Origin: a virus
Virus record (IMG/VR): IMGVR_UViG_3300045988_055374
Direction: 5' to 3' (one strand)
DNA length: 39,701 bases
Under the pieces are notes generated by a model, which did not search any database, was not told the origin of the DNA, and saw only the letters and a list, made by a program, of their open reading frames with translations. Position 1 is the first letter of the stretch. Each line of letters starts with the position of its first letter. Positions 1 to 7,282 of this stretch are shown piece by piece. A program made the position numbers and the translations under genes.

Positions 1-119
1 ACCGCATATCCTTCCTTCAGGACGCTGTTGAAGTGGCTTATTTCTCCGACAATAAGCTGTATGTGACAGACGGCCATTTTCTCCATTCCCTTCAGCTTGG
101 AAACTTTGCTTTCATTCCG
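1..119. repeat. Terminal direct repeat, identical to 39583..39701 (circular-assembly overlap)
   Basis: Read directly: accgcatatccttccttcaggacgctg...ctttcattccg occurs at both ends. Confidence 0.95.
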
Positions 120-161
120 AGGGCAAATAACAATTTGAGTTTCAAGAAGGTGGGTGGTTGA
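1..161 (+). CDS. C-terminal end of tail-associated protein Tal-2 (continues from 38133..39701 across the circular junction)
   Basis: The frame is continuous through the terminal repeat. It ends ...LSFKKVGG with TGA at 159-161, and the C-terminus parallels Tal-1 (...LGFKWIGG). Confidence 0.8.
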   Translation, partial: RISFLQDAVEVAYFSDNKLYVTDGHFLHSLQLGNFAFIPRANNNLSFKKVGG

Positions 162-162
162 T

Positions 163-1941
163 ATGGCGAAAACTGGAACGATCACAAAGGCAATTCGGAC
201 AGGCTATCAAATGAAAATCGTTTGGACAGTTGGCAGTCAGTCCGTGGCAAACAACACATCCAGCGTCACGGTTAAGGTGCAGCTTGTTTCAACCGGCGCA
301 AGCTATACCATCAACAGCAGCACAAGCAAAAGCGGCAGTCTGTCCATCAACGGGACGAAATACACATTTTCGTTTTCTGCGGCGCTGTCCGGCAATCAGA
401 CGAAAACGCTATTCACAAAAACCGTTACCGTAGCACATAACGCAGACGGAAGCAAGGCTTGTGCTTTTGCGTCTACCATCGGGATCAAGGTCACGCTGGG
501 CGGCACATACTATGGTGATGTTACGGCAACCGGCAGCGGCACATTTGACACGATCCCACGGGCAACCACGCCCACACTGTCAGCAAGCAGTGTCAACATG
601 GGATCGAGTGTCACAATCAATATGCCGAGGGCGGCAAGTGCCTTCACGCACACGCTGACATATAAGTTTGGAAATGCGACCGGCACGATTGGCAGCGGCC
701 TTGGTACAAGCAAAGCGTGGGATGTCCCGCTTTCCCTTGCAAGTCAGATTCCTTCCGGAACATCCGGCACTTGCACCATCACCTGTAAGACCTATAACGG
801 CAGTACGCTGATAGGCACAAAGACGGTTTCCTTTAAGGCCAGTGTCCCGGCGGCTATTGTCCCCACCATTTCAGCCGTTTCCATGACGGAAACGGTTTCC
901 GGCCTTGCTGCGAATTTTGGCGCTTTTGTGCAGGGCAAATCCAAGGTCAAGATCGGCATTGTGGCGGCTGGGGCTTACGGCTCCACCATCAAGGCGTACA
1001 AGACCACCGTGGACGGAAAGACTTATTCCGGGGCAGCTCCCATCACCGGCACACTGTCCAGCGGCACAAAGGCCGTGACAGTCACCGTCACAGACAGCAG
1101 AGGACGCACAGCCAAGACAACCAAAACGCTGACGGTCATTGCCTACGCCGCACCGGTCATCCGTGGCGTATCTGCTGTGCGATGCTTGGCAGACGGTACG
1201 GAAAACTATGACGGTACGCACGGCAAAATTGGCTTTGGATTCAATATCTCCCCCGTCTCAAATCAAAACACAAGCAAATATGTTTTGGAATATAAAGCAA
1301 GGGCATCAAGCACATGGATAAAGCTGAAAGAGGGCACAGGGTACACCCTGTCAACCACGCTGATAACCGCCGCCGACTTGAATGTTGATTCTGCCTATGA
1401 TGTCAGGCTATCGGTGACAGATTATTTCACCACGATCAGAAAAACCGTGGAGATACCCACGGCGTTCACGATGCTGGACTTCAATGCTTCCGGGCGCGGC
1501 CTTGCTTTTGGCAAGGTATCAGAGCTTGCGGAAGGCATTGAATTTGGCCTTCCGGTCATCTTCCGCAACGGGTATTCAATAACAGAAAATCCCGGATGGA
1601 TAACCGCAAAGCTCACAAGCGACTTTGAAACATACGCCGCAAACGCTGGAAACACATTGCGATATAGAAAGGTCGGCGGCGTTGTCTATTTGAAGGGCGT
1701 TGTCACGCCGAAGGCAACCTTGACGGGCGGCACGGACAATGTGACCATCACAACACTGCCGGAAGGGTACAGGCCGGAAGTGCAGGGCAATTTCATTTGT
1801 CAGGGCAGCGGAACGGCAATCTGGCTTTGCACCGTTACTGCTGCGGGGCTTGTGCGTTTCGCCCGGTATAGAAACGGCTCTGCATGGGCTGACGCTCCAA
1901 ACAACACATGGCTACCAATCGACATTTCATTCATAGTCTAA
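163..1941 (+). CDS. Tail fibre / receptor-binding protein 2, paralog of 35477..37444 (DUF859-like siphovirus tail protein architecture)
   Basis: ATG at 163 follows RBS aaggtgggtgg. It shares motifs with the paralog (HNxDGSK, IPRAxT, TDSRG, TVxAY) and has a divergent C-terminal third. Confidence 0.7.
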   Translation: MAKTGTITKAIRTGYQMKIVWTVGSQSVANNTSSVTVKVQLVSTGASYTINSSTSKSGSLSINGTKYTFSFSAALSGNQTKTLFTKTVTVAHNADGSKACAFASTIGIKVTLGGTYYGDVTATGSGTFDTIPRATTPTLSASSVNMGSSVTINMPRAASAFTHTLTYKFGNATGTIGSGLGTSKAWDVPLSLASQIPSGTSGTCTITCKTYNGSTLIGTKTVSFKASVPAAIVPTISAVSMTETVSGLAANFGAFVQGKSKVKIGIVAAGAYGSTIKAYKTTVDGKTYSGAAPITGTLSSGTKAVTVTVTDSRGRTAKTTKTLTVIAYAAPVIRGVSAVRCLADGTENYDGTHGKIGFGFNISPVSNQNTSKYVLEYKARASSTWIKLKEGTGYTLSTTLITAADLNVDSAYDVRLSVTDYFTTIRKTVEIPTAFTMLDFNASGRGLAFGKVSELAEGIEFGLPVIFRNGYSITENPGWITAKLTSDFETYAANAGNTLRYRKVGGVVYLKGVVTPKATLTGGTDNVTITTLPEGYRPEVQGNFICQGSGTAIWLCTVTAAGLVRFARYRNGSAWADAPNNTWLPIDISFIV

Positions 1942-1945
1942 CGCA

Positions 1946-1980
1946 AAGGGGAAGGCTTCGGCCTTCCCCTTCTTCTTATT
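1946..1980. terminator. Bidirectional hairpin terminator between convergent genes
   Basis: AAGGGGAAGGC-TTCG-GCCTTCCCCTT followed by a T-rich tract. It lies between the + tail fibre stop and the minus 206-aa gene stop. Confidence 0.7.
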
Positions 1981-2596
1981 TCACAAATAGCTTGTATGTG
2001 TTTCCGCTTTTCTCACGAGTGATCGAACCTGATTTTTCACAGAAATACAATTTTTCTTGAATGTAACTTCTTGCCATCGGGTCAAACATCTTGTAAATGT
2101 CTTTCTGCAAAACACCGGGATTCTCCTTGACAATAGCCAACAAATCTTTTTCAAGACTGGGCAAAACACTGTTTTCAAACCATATTTTCTTTTCGTAATC
2201 CGCTTCAAGAGCGGGTAAGTTCTGCTCGAGACAATTCAATTCCTTTGTTCTTTCACTTAAATATTCATCAGTAAAACAGTCCCCCAGCCAATATTCAAAG
2301 CACTCCCCCATATCATGGCAGAGTTTCTTTGCATCGTTCATGTACAAAACAAATGACTTCAAAGCTGCATAAGTTTCACGCGGAGATTTGTCCCGGCTTT
2401 CATACCAAGCATTGAAAAAATAGTTGTACTCTGTCCCAATTCTGCCCGTAAAGTCTGCGTTGGCGGTATACCATCCCCAAGGGAGATCGCCGTCTGATGT
2501 CAAGTGCCGCATATCTTCCCCAAGTGAATTGTGGAATTTATCTTTCGGAGCAGGTTCAACTTGTTTTCTTTTCTTGAAAACATCAAATAATCCCAT
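1976..2596 (-). CDS. Hypothetical 206-aa accessory (moron) protein; the C-terminal ~60 aa look like a winged-helix
   Basis: RBS aaggtgg lies 8 nt upstream and overlaps the stop of the upstream 63-aa ORF. The region is visibly AT-rich. No family recognised. Confidence 0.6.
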   Translation of the reverse strand: MGLFDVFKKRKQVEPAPKDKFHNSLGEDMRHLTSDGDLPWGWYTANADFTGRIGTEYNYFFNAWYESRDKSPRETYAALKSFVLYMNDAKKLCHDMGECFEYWLGDCFTDEYLSERTKELNCLEQNLPALEADYEKKIWFENSVLPSLEKDLLAIVKENPGVLQKDIYKMFDPMARSYIQEKLYFCEKSGSITREKSGNTYKLFVK

Positions 2597-2608
2597 GACA
2601 GCACCACC

Positions 2609-2800
2609 TTAAACACGCTTCATTCTTTTCCCGTGATACTTCGGAATTACATCACGGTAAAAAACATCAACTGCAACCCGCGCTTCCTCAAAGTTTGGGA
2701 AAAGGTATGCGTCATCGCCAAGGATGATTTTCCAGCCCTTATTTTCCACAAGCTCAATTTTGAATCCCTTGTAGGTGGTTTCCTTGACTTCAACAATCAT
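2609..2800 (-). CDS. Hypothetical 63-aa protein, first gene of the moron operon
   Basis: RBS gggggA upstream. It is translationally coupled to the 206-aa gene, 12 nt apart. Confidence 0.55.
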   Translation of the reverse strand: MIVEVKETTYKGFKIELVENKGWKIILGDDAYLFPNFEEARVAVDVFYRDVIPKYHGKRMKRV

Positions 2801-2845
2801 GCGGTGTTTCCCCCTTTATAGTATTGTCACTTGAAATCTGGCAAT

Positions 2846-2874
2846 ATTCTACAACGCGCCAGCGCAGAAAACAA
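2846..2874 (-). promoter_or_regulatory. Candidate promoter of the moron operon (-35 TTGTTT, 17-nt spacer, -10 TAGAAT)
   Basis: Read on the minus strand between the upstream terminator and the 63-aa ORF. Confidence 0.35.
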
Positions 2875-2880
2875 GCCCCC

Positions 2881-2913
2881 AAAATAAAAAGGGAAAGGCA
2901 AATTGCCCTTCCC
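2881..2913 (-). terminator. Rho-independent terminator (minus strand) ending the integrase/small-ORF transcript
   Basis: GGGAAGGGCA-loop-TGCCTTTCCC followed by TTTTTATTTT on the minus strand. Confidence 0.75.
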
Positions 2914-2919
2914 CTGATT

Positions 2920-3078
2920 TTAGTTATTCAGCTTTTCATTCATCTGTTCTTGTGTTATAATCCCCAAACAGTACAGCTCAAGCAGCGATTCAACATACAC
3001 CGCTTTTCTTTCCTTGTATTCCTCCGCAGTTATCATATTGGCAACCAACAGCGTTTCAAGCAATCCTAATGTATTCAT
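2920..3078 (-). CDS. Small hypothetical protein (52 aa from the internal ATG; 72 aa if it starts at 3138)
   Basis: Strong RBS aaaggaag lies 7 nt before the ATG at 3078. The repeated ITxEEY/ITQEQM motif is loosely XkdX/SHOCT-like. Confidence 0.45.
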   Translation of the reverse strand: MNTLGLLETLLVANMITAEEYKERKAVYVESLLELYCLGIITQEQMNEKLNN

Positions 3079-3134
3079 TCCGTACTTCCTTTCCGTTGAT
3101 ATATAAGGCTTTTTCCGGTTTGGTTTAACTATAT

Positions 3135-3174
3135 CCATCAGTCATGCGCGGTTGAATCCGCGCATTGATGATGG
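3135..3174. other. Candidate attP: 40-bp imperfect palindrome immediately downstream of the serine integrase
   Basis: CCATCAGTCATGCGCGG-TTGAAT-CCGCGCATTGATGATGG. The two 17-nt arms match at 14/17 positions. No T-run follows on either strand. Confidence 0.35.
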
Positions 3175-3193
3175 AAATGGTAGATACAAAAAA

Positions 3194-4846
3194 TCAGGCC
3201 TTTAATATAACATCAAGCACGATCTCCGGCGAAGTCCAGTTTCCACCTGTATTCAGCGGCGACTTGTGGCGGGTGCGCTTCTGCTCCTTGTCATAATAGC
3301 GCACCTGCTGACTGCGTATTCTTTGCGGTGCTTCCCGATGATATTCAATGCGATCAATGCAGGCTTTCAGGAGCCTGTTTTTTGTTTCCGCGTCCACATC
3401 GTGACCGTTTAGGGCGTTAAGCGCTTCGGTAAACTGTGCGATTTTTTCTTCATAATTGACAGGTTCAGGCATGGATTCGTAAGCCCTGCAAAGTGCCTGT
3501 CTGACATCCTCTTTTTCCTTCAATAGCTTTTCATTGAGCTGCTGGAAGATATGCTGGGGCATCCGCTTTGCCGGGTCGGGATCGGCTTGCGCTTCCCATT
3601 GTGCAAGCTCTTTTTCTTCAAGTTCTTTCTGCTTGGTTTCCAGGTTTTTGATAAGCCGCATGTGCAGCTTGACGGAATCGCCCTCATTGTTTTTTAGGCG
3701 CACTTCAAAATCCTTAATGCAATCGCTCAAAATCACCTTTACGCGATCCTCTATTTCCGTATAAAGACAGGAGCCTGTTCTACAATGGGTTTGTCCATCG
3801 CACAGAAGGCGCGGGGCCGCGTCCCGGTTTTTGTATGTCCGCAGAGACATTGCGCGGCCACACTTGCACCACAACAGACCGGCAAACGGATTTCTGATTT
3901 TTGTGTTTGGCTTCTGCCGGGTGTTCTTCCCTTTTTTGGCTTGTGCTGCATTAAAAAGTTCTTCGGGAATAATGGCTTCATGCTTCCCATCATAGATCAG
4001 ATATTCGCCCACCTTTGCAACAGGTCGGGTTTTCTTGAACTCCCCTTCTTCAACTATGGTCATTGTCTTTCTGTGATTCCACTTGACCTTGCCTATATAG
4101 TGAATATTTTGCAGCATTTTGGTCACGGCATTTGCTGACCAATACTCCCCTTTCGGCGGCTTAATTCCCATTGCATCAAATTTTTTGCAGATATTTGTGC
4201 ATCCCATGTCTTTATTGACATAGAGATCAAACATCATGCGCACAACATCTGCTTCTTCTTTATTCGGAACGAGGATAGGGCACTTCCGTTTCCCTTCTGT
4301 GACAAAGGTTTTGTCATAACCGTATGGCGCAGTATTTCCTACATAGTTTCCCTGACTTACGGACAGCAGGCGGCCCCGGTTCAGAATCTTCTTCGTATAT
4401 TCCAGGTAGTCATTTCCGCGCTTCAGTTCGCGTTCAAAAGCGTCCCAGTCATATTCATCCCGTAGGTCATAAATGCGCTGTGGCGTGATTACAAGGGTGT
4501 TGGTGTGCTTCAGCAGCTTCATCAGGCGGCCTATATCCTCCAGGTCACCACGGGTCAGACGCTGCGGCTCTACCACGGCAACGGCCTTGTATCGCGGCGA
4601 TTCGATAAGGCGCAGGACGCGGTTGATCTCCGGGCGCTCTGCTATGGTCTCCCCGGACACCACTTCCCTGTATTTGTTTTCTTCCGGCACGACAGCGCCG
4701 AGATGCTGCTCTGCCCATTCGTCCAGCATGGCTTCATGTTTTGACAGCACTTCTTCAACAGTCAGCAGCGGATCATCTGACCGTGACTTTCTTAAATAGT
4801 CAATGACTTCTTCGGGCTTGAAATCTATCTTCGGTTGATAATACAA
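3194..4846 (-). CDS. int: Large serine recombinase (phage integrase)
   Basis: N-terminal resolvase motif YLRKSRSD, a recombinase domain, the Cys-rich zinc ribbon CKCGR...C..C, and a long C-terminal coiled coil. TTG start. 550 aa. Confidence 0.9.
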   Translation of the reverse strand: MYYQPKIDFKPEEVIDYLRKSRSDDPLLTVEEVLSKHEAMLDEWAEQHLGAVVPEENKYREVVSGETIAERPEINRVLRLIESPRYKAVAVVEPQRLTRGDLEDIGRLMKLLKHTNTLVITPQRIYDLRDEYDWDAFERELKRGNDYLEYTKKILNRGRLLSVSQGNYVGNTAPYGYDKTFVTEGKRKCPILVPNKEEADVVRMMFDLYVNKDMGCTNICKKFDAMGIKPPKGEYWSANAVTKMLQNIHYIGKVKWNHRKTMTIVEEGEFKKTRPVAKVGEYLIYDGKHEAIIPEELFNAAQAKKGKNTRQKPNTKIRNPFAGLLWCKCGRAMSLRTYKNRDAAPRLLCDGQTHCRTGSCLYTEIEDRVKVILSDCIKDFEVRLKNNEGDSVKLHMRLIKNLETKQKELEEKELAQWEAQADPDPAKRMPQHIFQQLNEKLLKEKEDVRQALCRAYESMPEPVNYEEKIAQFTEALNALNGHDVDAETKNRLLKACIDRIEYHREAPQRIRSQQVRYYDKEQKRTRHKSPLNTGGNWTSPEIVLDVILKA

Positions 4847-4896
4847 AAAATCAACTTCTTTCTTAGGTTATTGTTCGATTATATTAAACTGTCTTT

Positions 4897-5472
4897 CTAT
4901 TTATCCTCTTTTCTTCTGCTTTTTGCAATATAGTATAGGAACCCAAAGACGGCGGCACCAATGAGAATGCACAGCGCACACCCAATGACGGGGAATCTGT
5001 TTGCAACAAAAAGGCCGTGATCCCTATCGCTGATGTCCAGCGCGATATATCCGCACAGGGCAACGGAAAGGAATATGCACAGGCCAGCCAGCCCATAAAT
5101 AACGGGCTTTCGCTCCCTGATTCCGGCTTCAAGCATCCCGCACTTTTCGTTCAGATGCTTTATTTGCTGTTCTGCGCTGTTTAGCTTGGCCTGAAGGTCG
5201 GCGTTCTCCCCCGCTTCCCGCTCACTCTGCGGCTCTGTGTCAAACAGTCCATCCATAGAAAGATTGAGATACTTGCACAGGGCGGCGATATAAAACACGC
5301 TGGGGCTTGCCAGTGCCCCGGACAGGAACTTTGCAACGGTAGACCGGGGAACGCCCGTATGCTCCACAATCTCACGGTGCGTCCTATGCTGCGTCATCGC
5401 TGCGTCCTTGATGTTCTTATACAGGTTGTCGCATTGTGGCTGAATTTGTTGAATAATAGTCTGCTTTTCCAT
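4897..5472 (-). CDS. Membrane-anchored XRE-family HTH regulator (HTH + coiled coil + two TM helices)
   Basis: HTH segment HREIVEHTGVPRSTVAKFLSG. Hydrophobic helices VIYGLAGLCIFLSVALCGYIAL and FPVIGCALCILIGAAVFGFLYYI. It lies immediately upstream of int. Confidence 0.7.
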   Translation of the reverse strand: MEKQTIIQQIQPQCDNLYKNIKDAAMTQHRTHREIVEHTGVPRSTVAKFLSGALASPSVFYIAALCKYLNLSMDGLFDTEPQSEREAGENADLQAKLNSAEQQIKHLNEKCGMLEAGIRERKPVIYGLAGLCIFLSVALCGYIALDISDRDHGLFVANRFPVIGCALCILIGAAVFGFLYYIAKSRRKEDK

Positions 5473-5752
5473 AAAAATCTCCCGTTATCCTTTCCTTACA
5501 TCGTTTAATTCGTCTGTAACATAGATTATCCCGGTTTGAGTGTTTACTTTTTATGAAAATTCGCTCTATTATGGAACCATAGCAGGTGAGGGGCTGCAAC
5601 TCACAAGCTGCTACACGCCCGGTCATTCGGTGGCACGGTGGCCGGGCAACCTTTTCCAAAAACGGCATTTGTTTCTGGTTTCAAATTTTGTTGCAATTTC
5701 GTAAAATTAACCCGAAAAACATTAGTTCCCCTCTAATGAAAGGATGTCTAAA

Positions 5753-5866
5753 ATGGATAACTCAACATACATACACGAAATTGTCAAACTATTGGAAAGA
5801 TGTAATGATGTCGAACTATTAGACCTTATTCATCAGATCATGCTCAAAGCATCAACAGGCATTTAA
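5753..5866 (+). CDS. Possible 37-aa ORF (MDNSTYIHEIVKLLERCNDVELLDLIHQIMLKASTGI)
   Basis: RBS aaagga lies 8 nt upstream. It is too short for the ORF track and is convergent with the repressor gene. Confidence 0.25.
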   Translation: MDNSTYIHEIVKLLERCNDVELLDLIHQIMLKASTGI

Positions 5867-6219
5867 TCCAGAAAAGCATTTAAGCTTTTCCGCTTTTCAG
5901 AATCCATCTTACTAATTTTATCTACAATAGATAGGAATTCTTCATCACTGCGTAATTTTAGAACGATGTCAGAAATGGCATCGTTATTTTTTTGCGCCTT
6001 TGTCCTTTCCATTGGAACATCATAGCCAAGCAACCATGATTCAGCTACATCAAGACACTTTGCGATTTTGTATAGGCGATCTGACTTTGGTTCAACTTTG
6101 CCAGACAAATACATAGACATTGAAGATTTTGGAATGCCTGTCTTTTCGCAGATGTCAACAGCCTTCATATTCCTTATATCCATTGCATTTTGAATCCGGC
6201 TGTATATCGGAACTCTCAT
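5863..6219 (-). CDS. CI-like XRE-family repressor
   Basis: HTH segment KAVDICEKTGIPKSSMSMYLSGK. ATG at 6219 is preceded by ggaaagggag. It is divergent from the early operon. Confidence 0.85.
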   Translation of the reverse strand: MRVPIYSRIQNAMDIRNMKAVDICEKTGIPKSSMSMYLSGKVEPKSDRLYKIAKCLDVAESWLLGYDVPMERTKAQKNNDAISDIVLKLRSDEEFLSIVDKISKMDSEKRKSLNAFLD

Positions 6220-6243
6220 AATATCACTCCCTTTCCAAAACAT

Positions 6244-6272
6244 ACTATATCACCGAAAGTTCAACTTTGCAA
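6244..6272 (-). promoter_or_regulatory. Leftward (repressor) promoter: -35 TTGCAA, 17-nt spacer, -10 TATAGT
   Basis: Read on the minus strand. A GTTCAAC half-operator sits inside the spacer. Confidence 0.5.
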
Positions 6273-6279
6273 TATGCAA

Positions 6280-6296
6280 GTTTAATTTTTTTGAAC
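6280..6296. promoter_or_regulatory. Operator variant GTTTAATTTTTTTGAAC (17 nt) between the divergent promoters
   Basis: Related to the 16-bp palindrome, with one extra spacer base. Confidence 0.45.
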
Positions 6297-6303
6297 TTAG
6301 GTA

Positions 6304-6331
6304 TTGACAAATAAAATTATAGCAGTATAAT
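6304..6331 (+). promoter_or_regulatory. Rightward early promoter with consensus hexamers: -35 TTGACA, 16-nt spacer, -10 TATAAT
   Basis: Both hexamers are exact consensus and are followed by two palindromic operators. Confidence 0.75.
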
Positions 6332-6340
6332 AATGGCAGA

Positions 6341-6356
6341 GTTCGAAAAGTTGAAC
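6341..6356. promoter_or_regulatory. Operator GTTCGAAAAGTTGAAC
   Basis: Inverted repeat 10 nt downstream of the -10 of the early promoter. Confidence 0.6.
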
Positions 6357-6388
6357 AACGCGTCGAACATATTTTTTTTGCAAAAGAA

Positions 6389-6404
6389 GTTCAAAAAGTT
6401 GAAC
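6389..6404. promoter_or_regulatory. Operator GTTCAAAAAGTTGAAC (perfect palindromic arms)
   Basis: Second copy, 48 nt from the first (start to start), upstream of the first early gene. Confidence 0.6.
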
Positions 6405-6431
6405 AAAGCCGACAGGCAGGAGGAAATAAAA

Positions 6432-6707
6432 ATGAAGAACGCAAAAGCACTTAATCTGAAGAACATGAAGGAAACCATCGTGAATTATTCGGGGGATCAT
6501 GAAGAATTCGATAAAATCTGGGACGCTTTTTACATGATGGCTTGCATTGGCTTTATCAGTCAGGACACTTGGAAAAAGTTTTCCGACCAGTGCGCTGGCT
6601 GGTATGTTGATGATGAAAACGCTTGCGTCCGTGATGGGCAACACTGCCCCGAAGGGGTTGATTCCATCGTCTGGGAGTACACGCCGGATGCAGAATACAG
6701 AGCATAA
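6432..6707 (+). CDS. Small acidic early protein (91 aa), function unknown
   Basis: RBS ggcaggagg before the ATG at 6432. By hand count about 17 D/E against 9 K/R. It is the first gene after the early promoter. Confidence 0.6.
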   Translation: MKNAKALNLKNMKETIVNYSGDHEEFDKIWDAFYMMACIGFISQDTWKKFSDQCAGWYVDDENACVRDGQHCPEGVDSIVWEYTPDAEYRA

Positions 6708-6717
6708 GGGCAAAGCC

Positions 6718-6747
6718 GGTGGGCGGCGGCTAAACCGCCCACCATTT
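6718..6747 (+). terminator. GC-rich hairpin (weak terminator or attenuator)
   Basis: GGTGGGCGG-8 nt-CCGCCCACC followed by ATTTG. The T-run is short. Confidence 0.35.
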
Positions 6748-6761
6748 GAAAGGAGATTGAG

Positions 6762-6950
6762 ATGATTTATACCATAGAAAAACGCCATGAGTTCGGCGGC
6801 GGTACGATGTCCACGCATTACGAAGTGCGAAGTTATACGCACAGAACGCCGATTGGCGTTCTCGCTGACGGCAAGACGCTGAAGTCTGGGACGAAAGCCC
6901 AATGCGAAAAGTATATTCGACTAAAAGGAATCCAAGTCGATTGTGAATAA
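6762..6950 (+). CDS. Hypothetical early protein (62 aa)
   Basis: RBS aaaggag upstream. Confidence 0.55.
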   Translation: MIYTIEKRHEFGGGTMSTHYEVRSYTHRTPIGVLADGKTLKSGTKAQCEKYIRLKGIQVDCE

Positions 6951-7040
6951 AGCCGAAACGGCCTGAAAGGCCGTCTGCCGGGGATAGTCTCCCGACACTG
7001 ACGATGGCAGACTAATATACATAAGAAAGGAATGATGTAA

Positions 7041-7250
7041 ATGAGCTATGCAAAGCTGCGCGGTAAAATCCGCGAGGTGTACGGGACGCAGGAAGCCTTC
7101 GCTGAAGCAATCGGGCTTTCTAAGGCTGGGCTTTCCATGAGACTGAATAACAAGATCAAGTGGACTGCCGATGAAATCGAAAAAACCAAGAACGCACTTG
7201 GCTTTGAAGCGGCAGAAATCGGCGAATATTTTTTTACACGAAAAGTTTAA
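7041..7250 (+). CDS. Cro/DUF739-like small HTH regulator
   Basis: YAKLRGKIREVYGTQEAFAEAIGLSKAGLSMRLNNK...EIGEYFFTRKV is the typical small phage HTH pattern. Confidence 0.7.
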   Translation: MSYAKLRGKIREVYGTQEAFAEAIGLSKAGLSMRLNNKIKWTADEIEKTKNALGFEAAEIGEYFFTRKV

Positions 7251-7260
7251 CTTTTTGAAC
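7245..7260. promoter_or_regulatory. Distal operator copy GTTTAACTTTTTGAAC (reverse complement GTTCAAAAAGTTAAAC)
   Basis: 15/16 match to the 6389 operator. It overlaps the stop codon of the HTH gene, about 860 bp from the main cluster. Confidence 0.5.
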
Positions 7261-7282
7261 TTAGCAGAAGGAGGTAACACCG

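Noticed and set aside
154-162. GTG at 154 as the start of the tail fibre gene
   Set aside because: It overlaps the Tal-2 stop. The ATG at 163 gives an N-terminus (MAKTGT...) matching the paralog's (MATSGT...) and has correct RBS spacing.
5586-5822. 78-aa + strand ORF in the lysogeny spacer
   Set aside because: It has no RBS and starts inside the GC-rich hairpin island. Its composition is unconvincing. The shorter 37-aa ORF in another frame has better signals, but even that call is weak.
6297-6902. 201-aa minus-strand ORF spanning the switch region
   Set aside because: It runs through the consensus rightward promoter, the operators and two + strand genes that have good RBSs. It has no RBS of its own.
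6958-6974. Short hairpin ACGGCC-TGAAA-GGCCGT after the 62-aa ORF as a terminator
   Set aside because: It has only a 6-bp stem and no T-run. That is too weak to call.
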